Below, piece after piece: positions 1-12,300 of a stretch of 64,000 nucleotides of DNA; within the stretch, counting starts at the first letter, position 1; each line of letters opens with the position of its first letter. Position numbers and translations under genes: made by a program. The notes below the pieces were generated by a model. The model was not told the origin of the DNA, ran no database searches, and saw nothing but the letters and a program-made list of their open reading frames with translations. Origin of the DNA: Balanoglossus misakiensis (Eukaryota > Animalia > Hemichordata); assembly GCA_040954595.2 (NCBI GenBank), contig CM082594.2, positions 7,150,840 through 7,214,839 on the forward strand, read 5' to 3'.

Positions 1-2586
1 CTATCTTCTCCAAGAATTCCTTGAAATTTCACACATCTTTCAAGAACTTATACACAGGTTTTCAAGTCTCATGAGATGCAACAGTAGTTACATGTAAAAA
101 AGTTGGCTATACTATATTTATTACAAAGAAAAAAGAATACAATATCACAATAGAGGAAATTCAGTGTTAATATTGGTGGGAGACCTCAAATACATGATAA
201 GCACAGGAACTTGTATCAAAAGAATTGATTAGAGATCATTGGGGTCTGTCCATCATCGATCAAATGAACTTGGGATAAGAATCCAGAATTTGTTTGGCTT
301 GACGATGTGTTACTGCATCTATGCCAGCTCATGCGTATGCAAATACAATCTGTGAGGTACTTGGTTAATGTAAGGTCACAGGAAGGTTTTGCGGGGCTGA
401 TGACCTTGGCAAGTGGTGGACCCTGTATCTCTCCACATCACCAGATGTAATGTCTTCTGTATCAGCGTAGAAATATCAGGCACGGAATAGATATGTTCAG
501 TTTGTAGGCGCGATAGCACGAGGATGCAGGCAAAGCCAGAAATCCTACCAGCCAAGTAGTTTTACTTTGAAGAGGCATGTTTAATGTTCTGTGAAACGGC
601 TTTTAGTTGATGTAGTGAAAATGATGTGTTTTTCATGGTGGAGGCTGGAAATAATCGGGTGTGATCACAGTTTTTAATGGTGATGGGGCCATTGTGTTTA
701 CTGTAGTTGCGACCAGCCCCATGCAGCCGGGATATTAAGTACATAAAAAGCAAGAGAGCATCTTTTTCTGTCGGAATTTCCATATTGTATAAAATATTGT
801 GTCATCTACTGTACAGTGTAGAACAGTTTGATGCAGGTTTTGGTATGAGGAAAACAATGTTTTACGGTAGAACAAATAGTCGGTTCCTTGGCTCGCCTTG
901 GCTAAGGACAATCCTAAGATGCCGGTAATCTTGGTGCTTAAAGGGAAGAGGACCCTGGCAGCGACTGGGCTGAGCTTTTAATGCGCTTCTTGTAAGATAC
1001 AGAGTACATGACACACGGGCAATGTATCGGTGACTAATAGATTACAATCCGGCTGTAAACAATGGCGAGGTCCCCATGCAAGATGACCTTCTACTGGAAA
1101 GGTCAGGACAAGTTATCGAAACCCCCAATCAACATCCTATAGCATTTCAGGACATTAATCCCGGGGTCTGATTGTTAGCTCTGAGTACCTACATCAGTTG
1201 TACGCTATCGTTGATGACGTTTTTTTCTCGCAGTTCGCGTGTCTGGGGGTTCGAGACCCTGTTTGAAGTTGGCTTTTAGTTTCTTATCTTTGTTTCTTGT
1301 TGCATGAAACTGTTTTCCTCTGCCAGTTTTTTTTGCTCCAGCTCATAGTCACATTTTCTTTGAAGTCCTGCCAAAATTGCAAAAATCTTAACCGTAAAAC
1401 CTACAAAAAGATGAAGTGCCTGCAGTGGGCATCCTTTTGGCTGTATGGTGACATCAAGAGTGGTTCGCCCACTGTCAATGCAATGGTGATGTTTTATGTA
1501 CATGTACAGACTATGCTGACAAGTTTCATGATTAGACTTTTGTAATTAAGTAGAACAAGAAACTTCACTTGAAATACAAAACTACTGAAAAACAAAAACA
1601 AAAGTGACAGCTGCTGGCCATTTACGGATGAAAAATCTTGTGTTTTACAATAAACAAAGTGAAATACTACATGGACGTAAAGTGCCTGACAGTACATCAC
1701 TGATCCGTAACCAGGTGATCATAAACACCTGACATAATCAGTCACCTGCATCCCTTGTATCCAAAAAGGCAATTTATTCTCATCTGTGGAGAGCCATGCA
1801 CTCAAGCCTGTTATACTGAAGTCTTACGATTTAATCAAGGCACTGGACGTTTACAGCTCACGGACGTGCGTCACAGCCCCACAATTGATCATTGCAAACT
1901 CTGCTTTTCATCTACGGACGTGTTTTGTTTTTACTCCAAGCGGACGGACAAAAACGCCCCGATTCCCACTTGTAGACCAGTGATGGTTTTTTTGTGTGTA
2001 CGTGCCCCAAGTGTTGATTTGTCTCTAGTGCCTATTTGCTGACAAGCCTTTGCATAACAGGTTGCATTGGGAAAGTGCTTGCGTCGGTTACACCTGAATG
2101 AGTGTTCGGTTGAAAAGAACGGTGCTTGCTTTAGACCTTGAGAAAGTAGTCAAACACAACGCGTATTGTTCCCGTGTCTTAGTTTCTTTAAAATCTGCAC
2201 TTTCAAGACGGAAGCTGTTTGCATATTTTAGTTCGAATGTACGGGCCTGGCAGTCACAGTCATGACAAAATCCACACTCATCTGTGCATTGTCACAAACT
2301 GCACTCTTCTCCAAAATGTAACATTTATCACTTTACAACAAAATTGATCTATTATATAAGTCAATATATGGATATAACTTTTCACTTCAGTATTGCAAGA
2401 TGAAGTTCCTCTTTCTATGCATAAAGATCTTGCTTAGATTAGGACAGCACAAAAAACAGAGAGCTTTGAAATGTTCTTGGAAAAGACTGACAAGCTCTCC
2501 AGCTAATTAAGATGAAAAGTGAAGCACACTTTTCTTTGCAATATAAATTCCCCATTTCTTTTGTCAGGGATTTAAAAAATGCCATA

Positions 2587-2647
2587 ACCTGTCATCACTT
2601 TGTGTGCACCTGTCATCACTTTGAGCTCACCTGTCACCACTTTGTGT
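2587..2647. repeat. 21 bp tandem repeat x3
   Basis: ACCTGTCATCACTTTGTGTGC / ACCTGTCATCACTTTGAGCTC / ACCTGTCACCACTTTGTG. Confidence 0.85.
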
Positions 2648-3012
2648 AATGGCCCTGCACATAAACATGGCATGTTTTTGTATGTACATGTATTGATACA
2701 CTCTGTGTATTATATTAAAGGGAGGTGGTCATCTGAACTGTACATGTGCAGTGTTTCTGTTTATAAACACATCGCTGGCATTGTCCCCAAAGTTCAGGGA
2801 GACCTTGAAAAGCAATAATTCAAAGAAAGATGGAAATATGATATGAAGTCATAACATAAGTTGTTTTTCGTAATGTACACGAGAAACGTACAACACATTG
2901 TTTGCAAGGAAATGTGTTGGAACATTTACAATTCCTGCGTATAATCTTGCTTGCTAGCAGTATTGTCCCATGGGGCTCAATACCTGCAGCTCAGCTGAGG
3001 TTGGCGTGGGGA

Positions 3013-3068
3013 GGTTTGGTCCAAATCCATTTTCTTAGGTAAAGCCTTGGACCTCTACAGTGGGAACC
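3013..3068 (+). mobile_element. Degenerate MITE family A fragment
   Basis: GGTTTGGTCCAAATCCAT...TTGGACCTCTACAG..GGGAAC matches the family core. No TIRs. Confidence 0.55.
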
Positions 3069-6000
3069 TTTAAAAGTTGATTATGGTAGTAACTTCATGT
3101 TAGCGTGGACAGTCTGGCTCGTGATTTTAAAAGGTGATGATTGGTTTATAGTGACTGTTATTAATGAGAATGATATCAGTGTTTCTATGGAAGCATGTCC
3201 ATTCATTGTGTTGCATTGTCCAGTAGTCAGACGGTAGAGCCTTTGGTGTATACATGCATGTACCTGTATACAGCAGAGGGGATGTTGCTGTTTCCTGTAC
3301 TTGCTCTCAATGGGGCAGGCAACACTGTAAGAGATACAAAATTGAGACTAAAGTGCTATTCTGTTAGGTTTTAGTTCTCCCTCAGAAAGATTTCGCCAGA
3401 TACTTTTGTGAAGACGGGATGACGAAGACAGCAATCTGCAACTTTTTATTGGTAATACATTCAGGGAGCTTGTTTAAAATTTTTGTAGTTAATCAATTCC
3501 CTTGTCTGTCTGTCTTTCATCAAGTCACAAATATGTCCCCGCATTGGTCATTTGATGAATTTGAGTTGTTCATTGAATTGATCAGTATCAGCCATAAGCA
3601 AATAGAATCGTGGACCCCCACAGAGTTGAGACCAGGATCTAGTTAATCTTTGCTAACAAGGATTAAAAACATGTCAACATTTAAAGTGAACCTGGAGTTG
3701 CGAAATCAGCGTGATCTCTGCCAGTGTTTTCTCTGTAAATGAGAAGATGTGCTTATCGCTTGTTTACTTTGCTCTGTTTTGTCTGAGTTAATTGGTGCTC
3801 TGCTCAGTGTCATGCCCTGAAATTTTTGCCAGCGACCGCTTTTAGAAGTTTCTCATCAGATGAAAAAAAGTGTCTTATTAATTGTTATTTTTAATTAGAT
3901 GTTATCAAAATCCATCCTGCAAATCGGTCCCAAGCCTGTGCTTACGTGGGTCGACAATTTCAATGATCAAATCCTGGGTCGGGCATCTTCATAGCAAATG
4001 TTTCTAGCTATACATGCACCTGTCAGGCTGCATAATCGTGACTAAATTCCGAAGTTGGGTTGTTGCAAGTTATTTCACAATGCACTAGAAGATAAACTTG
4101 TATTTCACACTGTGCGTCGTTGCAATACAACATGTTGTCCAAAAACTACAGAGGCGGCGCTACAAAGACTGACCGGCACACTTACATAATTGAAAGATTC
4201 CGAATCTTGCTCGATCTTATATAACACCTATCAAATTTTGGAATGGCCCAGACTGCCGATCCTTTTGAGATTGATAGATTGGAGCCACGATGTCTGGCGA
4301 GAATTGTTTTTGACGGCCAGATATCCTACATTTTCAGACAGAAACGATGCGTCGCGGCGGTAACAATTGTCCAAAATTCCTGAATCTGCCAATTTTATGT
4401 CATACAAAGAGAAATATTGTGATGTTATTCAAAGGGTGTACTAGAAACTATACACCTGCATAAAATATTGAATCAATAACAGTCTCATATGAAGCAGACA
4501 CCAAGTTATGTCACAGTCAACCCTACAGAGTAACATTTCCCAACTACAAAAGTATGCGTTTGTAAATCTATAAACTTGATCAAGGAGTATATGTAGTGGT
4601 CAATCTAAACTTGATATGCGGGCTAGTACTTTGTTCTGGTACAGTCCAGTGACATATGAAGTATTTGAACAAAGTCTTAGCCGTCCATGATAGCATGGCA
4701 GTGAACTGTGTCAATAATTACATCACTTGGTTCAACACACACAGCTACTTATTGTGTTGATATAACTGTCAGTCAATAAAGGGATAATAGCTGTAATTTT
4801 AGCTATTTTTTTTCAACAGATTTGTTTTGTGTATCAACAACTGGTGTCTTGTTCCTGAGGTTCCCCATCATTGGGCTGCAGCGTGAAGTCAAGCGCAGTG
4901 TATATAGTGTGGTGAAGAAGCATACTATGTTTCGCTCGACTTCAGCTGTATCTGTGCTCTCTATAGTATTCTGAACACATACCGGTACCCATCAATTTGG
5001 GGAGATGGTGATGTTAGCTCAGTGAGCAGTTTCATAAAAACTTATGTTTTTTGAGTCAGAACTATACAAAAATACATTTCCTCCTTGGACAATTGTAAGA
5101 TCGAATGTGATGTTGACCTTGCAATGTTTTTAGCCCAAACCTGACATTCATTTTCCCGCTATAGAAGTTCTATAATAAACCACTGTTTGCCTTCCTGGGT
5201 GTCAGTCCCCTGCATTTAGAGTGGCTGGCGAATCTATGCTTTATGTGTGGGAGAAAGAGGAGCATGTATCTGTTGTTATGGGAAACAGAGTGATGAAAAA
5301 ATGGAGCAGAGAGCAACTGAGAAAAGAGAAAGAAGATAAAAAGTTCTTGGACCAGTTGGTGTTAAAACGCAAGACTAGATAGAACAACTGAAGTTAGGGT
5401 AGAGTTTATCACTAATGACTAAACTGTACTTTTCTGATAATTCCTCCCTTCACGGAAATCAGTAAAAGTTATCTTGATTTCTTCCACAGTCATCCTCAGA
5501 TTGTGCGCTGTCAGCCGCTAAAAGAGCTCTGTATCTGTGCAGCTCGTGAAATCAAAACAAACTTCTGCTCATAGTCTTGGCTGTTGTCTTATCTGCGCTG
5601 CGTGTCTTAAAGAGGAGCTTGCGTGTGTGACTGGTTTTGTGATATATGTCATTTGCAAGCTTGTTTGGCCAAGAAAGGTTGTTTTCAGCAATTAGGTATC
5701 TTGAGACTTCTCAGTCTGACAGTGTCAAAAACTTGAGGGCTTTTGTAAAAAGTCTCGCAAATGGAATCATGGGAACTACTTGATGACCATGGAAAGTTCA
5801 ACAGGAACAATGGAATCATGGGTAAAAGGGACTTTCTACCATAGGTTGCATTGTCAAAAATGTGAAATTCCCATGATTCAAATTACATGAGTCATAACTA
5901 TAGGCAGTTCAAGGTAATTCATTGCAAATTCTTCTGAAGATCTTACATATTAGTACAAGTAAAGGGTACTGGGTAAAAGTGTTTGTATGTTGTTTACGCT

Positions 6001-7899
6001 TTGTTTATCACTCATCGACAGAGTAGCATTTCACACTGTACTCTGTTGTCTTATCGTGTTCCTGTACAGGTAGTTGCAACAACTGAAATGATGATTGACA
6101 CAGCAACAAACTACTTGTGTTCTTCAATCTTATTGTCAACTTTCAAAATGTATACTGCTATGGGACGGTGCCGTCTGTCCAATCTAGAGGCACTTTACCA
6201 CCAAGGCTGTGGCTTAATCTCAGATTGATTAGCCCTGGTGGTTTATTTCACCAGAGGTCATCATCATTCATGCATTTGTTTGTTCTCCAAACTTTACAGT
6301 TGCTTTTATGCACGGGCATACCACCTAGAGCAGGGCTAAAGCTCTTCTGTGCCTATTCGCTTGGCAGAGTACAATGTACCAGCTTTTCTCAGTGTACTCA
6401 AGTCCTAGAGTCCTAGAGCATTTACCACAGCACTCAATTACAAAGAAGCTATCTTTTTACCTGATAATATTTTGGTCGTTCTACTGACTGAAACATGTCA
6501 AATTGGTGGTTTTACAGCTGTACTCTTTGTTGCCATGGAAACATAACATTGAAATTTGAGAAAATAATTTCTGGTACGCATCAAAAATTATGATGTCTAT
6601 TAAAGAGCATGTTTTTTACCATAGCTATGATATGTCAATAATGTTAGCAGTGTATCAAAAGAAGTGACTTTGTCCTTCTATAAATAAAGTTTCTTGGTCC
6701 AACAGCCTCCATCAGAGTATATGAACTTCAGCCTGAGAGGTTGATTAGGCTAAAAGTCTTTTGACAAACAAGAAAGGTGCCAAGTGGGGCACTTACTTTG
6801 CTTGGTACAAGGATGAAAGCCAAACCACGCTCGCTAGGTAAATACTCCAAGAGGACCATTCAACTTTTTGAAGTAATGGATCAAAGCTGCCGATCGAGTA
6901 TATATTGATGCATTTAAATTAAACTTCAGAGTCACAAACAAAACCCCGAGTTATTACATATTCAATGAGAAACAGCAGTAACCTGTTTTGTTTTTCCACA
7001 GTGTTTGGCATTGTTTGTTTGATTGAGTTATTATGTTACATTCATGATAGTTTCTGGAACAATGATAAAATGGCATGTCCACGCAAGCATTTGGCAGGTA
7101 TAACAGCAAACAGGTATAATTAAACAATGCATATATTGTTCAATCCGCCATATATATTCCAGATGTCGCATTCAGTGTTTTTGGCCAAAAGTGACTCGTC
7201 CACTACGCGATCCTGGTTGCAGTTCTGGCTCTTCCCCATTTTCTGTTTCGTACAAGCGTTCTGCTACGTTCTTTTTACTATAAAGGAGTGATCGTGACAA
7301 TTCATCAGTGCATCTTTTTTATGCATCTATACACGGTGGCCAATAGCAGTTCGTAATCTACGTGAATTACCAGTGACATACATATAAGCTGCCCTATGTA
7401 ATGAGACATGCGTGCGTTTCAGTAGGCGGCTAACTTTTTAATCGTACTGCCAAGAGTATAAACTGTTTTATATTTGTGTGTCTCACAGCAAATCTGACAT
7501 TTCCTGTGCTATTTAACTTGTCCGATAATTTACAACCCTTTTGTCCGACCTTCAGTATTTCCCCCTTCAAACTGCTTACGTAAGTGGTAATCTTTACTGC
7601 CAGCCAGGGCATTCAAACCGTGTAATTTATTTTATTGCGATATATTGGATTGTGCTGGCCATGCTTTTATGATCGTTAAATCGCCGCTTCGTCGCGCCTT
7701 GGCAGGATGCTGATAAATCGTAGTTTTTTTTCTCCACGACACACTTCCAGAGAACTTCAGACTATGGTATTTGGCTTGGTCTGAGGTACCAGGGTGTAGT
7801 TGTCTAGGTTTAAATGGTCGCCTGAACTTGAAGGCATGGCCAATTTGTGGTCGAGCGACCGTACAGACGGTGAAACTAAAGTATTTTCCCCCAAAGTTG

Positions 7900-9283
7900 A
7901 CTAGCCGGGATGATTGTTTTCCAAGGGTCACGTCAGAGCGCTCGCGATGCAGCAGTTGCCAGGCAACCGTATCTGCGGATGACCATTAGGGTATCGCACT
8001 GATAGGGAAATATGGTTGCGCGCACATCCATCAGAACAAGACTGCGTTTAAAGTTTATGACCAGGGCCTCTAGAGGCAGCGGCCACGAAGTGTGTATATT
8101 AAAACGAGTGTCATATACGTGTAGCACAGTGACGAAAAGCAAGGTATTGACCAATAGTTTGGAAAATTGACGGACACCCGCTATGTCAAACAGTGGGAGG
8201 AGTTTAAGCCATATGTTAGTGCTATGATTGTATGATATATAAACAAAGACGGCGCGCCACCACAGTACATTGGCTGTACATTGGTTAATCGAGTCGGGCC
8301 CAAAGACAAATGACATGTAGACCAGACTTCTAAACCCTGCAACGCCACCCAGCGGACCGCAGTGGACTTCAAAAACCAAACCCCAGTTAACCTACTTAAC
8401 TTGTGTGCGTCAGTTGTCAAGTGCTGTTCATATCACGTTGTATATTTCACCTCAGATCGCGTTCGGGTGCGCAGTGCAAAGTGATTACGCTGGAAGATTT
8501 GCTTTTTAGGGACAAATTACCTGTGTGCTAAGGTTTTATTTGCAATTTATTTTGGTGGTGACTTAAAACTGTATCGCACTTGGGAATCGATCTACTCTGA
8601 TCCTGGGCAGGACCAACGCAGTCAGCGCCAGACAGGTTAATGTGACAGACAGTTGACAGGCGACCGGCGGGCACGGTGAAGTTTTTTCCCCGGCGCTCAT
8701 CGACGCGGAAGTGATCGACACTTCTCCGCAGAGCAGCGACTGGTTGAACGCTGGGACGTGTGGAGGAGGACCGGGAAATGTTTCACCTCCGGCGAAGTTC
8801 CAAATGCTCATTACGGCGAAACTGTCCGGGACTTGCAACACTGTGTCTAACAACCCAGAGCGACCGTGATTGGCCGAGACTGCCGGGCCATTGAAATTAC
8901 CATACACACGTAAAGTGAGGGTGTTGTACTTGTTGCCAATTAGATAGTTTCCAACTTGATGGAGCTCGGACGCGTGGAGCGGAACTAAACACCGGCAGAC
9001 GTGTGTCTAGTACAACGGGATTGGGAGATTCCAGCCCGCAGTTTTGTTAGCGTTGTCCGTGGCCACAGTGAAATATATCGCCATCCTCAGTATAGTACTC
9101 ACCAAGGATCTGGACGCTTGACTTCGACCCGACCACTGACTGAGCCGTAGCAGACTCTTTTTTTCTTCTCGCACATGCATGTGTGCGATACTGTTTTGTT
9201 TTGTGTTTGCTCTATTCTTTACGATCTGGTGGGATCTATTCTATGACAAGTCGTCAAGTAGGACAGCAAACAAAACTGAAATA
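7900..9283 (+). promoter_or_regulatory. CpG-rich putative promoter / 5' UTR of the ADAMTS gene
   Basis: Visibly higher CpG and GC than the flanks (especially 8560-9140), directly upstream of exon 1. Contains a CRE-like GTCACGTCA (~7927), an X-box-like GTTGCCAGGCAAC (7955-7967) and an ETS-like GCGGAAGTG (~8705). The TSS cannot be determined from sequence. Confidence 0.5.
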
Positions 9284-9385
9284 ATGTTCTCAGCCGTCAG
9301 TATTCGTGGTTCCTCCTTCAGCATGGTGCAGACCGTGTTGGTGACGATACTGGTGCTACTTGCACTGTCGGATACACCGGCCCAG
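9284..9385 (+). CDS. ADAMTS16/18: ADAMTS exon 1, signal peptide (start at 9284 or 9323)
   Basis: Reads [34 protein letters not shown] with a hydrophobic core. ATG 9323 is in good context (agcATGG). Ends CAG|GCACGT (GC donor, phase 0). Confidence 0.7.
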
Positions 9386-12300
9386 GCACGTTTAAATAAG
9401 TTGCTGTCAATTTTGTTTGATTTTTGATTTTTTTCTGAGTTTCATTCACCTGGTTTAGGGCTCTTCATCCCCATTAATATTTACGCGAAAATTATTGTCC
9501 TTGCCACCCCATCATAGAATAGTTAAGTTTCTCCTCAAACCGTTATTTTTAGTGTCTTGCTTTTTTCTTGTGTGGTGAGGTGTGTGTCTCTATATCATGG
9601 ACGCACATTGAGTTCACTGATGCTCGGCAGACGATAAAATGATGCTAATCACATTTAATTAAGATCAGATTTTATCTACAGGAGAAAAACGAGTCCTTTC
9701 AAAGCAACATTTTTAGCTCTATCGACTGCGTTCGTTTTTATCGTTTTTTCCCAGTTATATAAGTTGTAAAACTTTTTTCTGTTACAGGGATTCACGTTGA
9801 GCGGAGGTCAAGCGCTGTCTGCCCCTGCCAGTGGAACCGGCAAACCAGCAGGTAGGGAATATACTTTTCTTCATCGTATTTCGTTGGCATTTTGCCATCA
9901 AGTTTACTGTGCAAAGATGCTCGTTGAGCGCAGATTCTACCGGTGACACGTGTGTACGTGTGTTCAACTTAGTGTATTTTTATAGGTTGGCTATATATGC
10001 AGGTATGATCAGTGGTGATTTATTTCGTTATGTTGAACTTCAGTCAGAGTAGAAGTGAACTTGAAGTTCACTGAGCGCGGCCGTTTTATCCAAGGCAGCA
10101 TATTCCAGTACAAAGATCCGAGCCAATTTTCCAGGCAACTGAATTTGACCACTTCGTGAAATTAAAGAGAAAAATATGGTTGGCGGCGGTTTCGTTTGAT
10201 GATATCTCCGGGTTGTTTATTTCACCCGTCCCCTGCAACCGCAAAATAAAGTGTAGCAAAGTTTCTAACACGTTACCAGGTGGCTTGGAAACACCCGGAA
10301 AGCAAAACCAATAATTACACCAGTTAGCATTAATGGTGCGTCTCGCACGTACCCCGTGGAAATGCAAATCCGCGCAGAGCGTCAAACATCACCACTGTGT
10401 CCCTTTCACAGATAAATGTCCGGCCCCACGCATGCTTTGTTTTCCGCAATTAATTGCATGCTCAGAAACAATGTTTCTGTATCGCTGTCTGTAAACACCG
10501 TCTCTTTTAACGTATTCCAAGGCAGCAGTTGTAGCCACACAAACGCACCTGTTGTTTGCCCAGAAACTTTTTAGCTCACCATGGAAAAAGAGTAAGAAGC
10601 TCTATTTACTTAGATTTCCAATTGGATTGGGGGAATCATGCTACCCTCTTGTGCCTACCTTTCCGAAAGCTAAAGATAAATATTTAACTTGGAACATTGT
10701 GCTAATTAAGAAAATAATGCTTTATGATACAAATTAACCTGTTCTCATCAAAGGGAATCCGACTTCACCCGTTTACTGAGTTTGTTTTAGTTTGCAGTGA
10801 TTAGACTTGGGCAGACAAAACATGTTGTCCCTTGAATATGCCTGGTTGTGGAATATATCTTACCAACGTCATCAACTGTGGCCCCTGCAGGTGTATCATT
10901 TGTACACACTGGTATCCTGGCCACCAGTTGTGCTGTTACACCTGCAATGGAGTGTGTGTGTGTGTGCGTGATTCTGCATTGCTGGTATCAAAAAGTCGCA
11001 AATGAGCTAAAAGTGTACATTAGAAAGTCCCATAGGAACCACAACTGGTAATTGCCAAAGTTATTCTTTCTATAAAATGCCACATAAACTCATTTCTTTG
11101 AAATAAAATATGAAATAAATGTGCCTGAAGTGATGTTATTGCTTGTTACCGGGGAAACCAAGAAAAGGGAGATTTTCTTGTCCTCCCTATGAAGGCCATC
11201 GATTAATATCCCGTTTAATATAAACATCTAAAGGGCACAAGATTGGGATATTTACTTATTTTTTGGCAGGTTCAAAGACTGAGATGTGTATTGGCAGGTT
11301 TCCTCTGATGTATGGCTGACAATAATCATTCCAAATACTTTTAACTGGCCTTCCACCCCCAGTTCCTTCTTTAGAGGTCCAACCTTACCATAGAAAACAA
11401 TGGGTCTGGACCGAACCATGGTGGTGAAAGGGTTAAAGAGGGACTTTGAGGATGTCAAACTTTTGAGTGAATCTTATCTTCGCAAGACTGTCAACAGCTG
11501 TCTCCTGCAATTCATAAATTAGTATAGCCCAAACTTTCCTTGAGGCTGTCACGAATCGTAACCTTGACGATCTGTCATCTTCAGATCCGTGTAAGTCTCT
11601 GAAAGACCGGAACGGAGTTGGGGGTAATTTGGGGGACAATAAAAGGGGAGGTGGTGACATTAGAGTGGTGGTTAGATCAACATGGTGGCAAGGACTTCGG
11701 AAATTGGCACTTTCTGGTCCAATTACGATTTTTGACTTTGGATGTGGGACACTCAGCATTGTCATTCATCCCAGGCATCAGTTGGAATCTGATAAACGAC
11801 CGTTTGAGCCTTGAAGTCGGTAAATTGAGTCATTTTGCCTCTTTAACTGTCAAGTTGTGAAAGGCAGACACTGACTTTGACTTCCAAAATAACATCTCAA
11901 TTACCTTCAGCGTGCCTGCTTTAACAATGACAGTTAAACTGGTATGTGTTTAGGTTAGCCAAATGACTTGGCAACTTAGCAAAAGCAGCTGAAATTTTTT
12001 TTTATTGAAAAATAACCAATAATTTTAATTGCAAGAGTATACATTCATGTCATGAACTTTTCACGTAAAAAAAATAGGAAGAAAACACTTAACAGGCAAG
12101 ATAAATAATTTACTGTTTTTTTGCTGCATTTTTTTTTACACTGGACAGCTTATGAAGTTGTGATACCCCTGCAAGTAGATCACACTGGGAACTACATAAC
12201 GCACGATCTGACACCACACAGGACTGGGAGAAGTATCGACAACCAACACCCACAGAACCCCGTCTTTTACAAACTCCGAGCCTACGAGCAGGAGTTCCAC

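Noticed and set aside
1240-1262. tRNA or SINE B-box (GGTTCGAGACCC)
   Set aside because: No properly spaced A-box and no cloverleaf.
7933-8907. 148 aa and 114 aa minus-strand ORFs as a divergent gene
   Set aside because: No recognisable domain; longer ORFs are expected by chance in the GC-rich promoter region.
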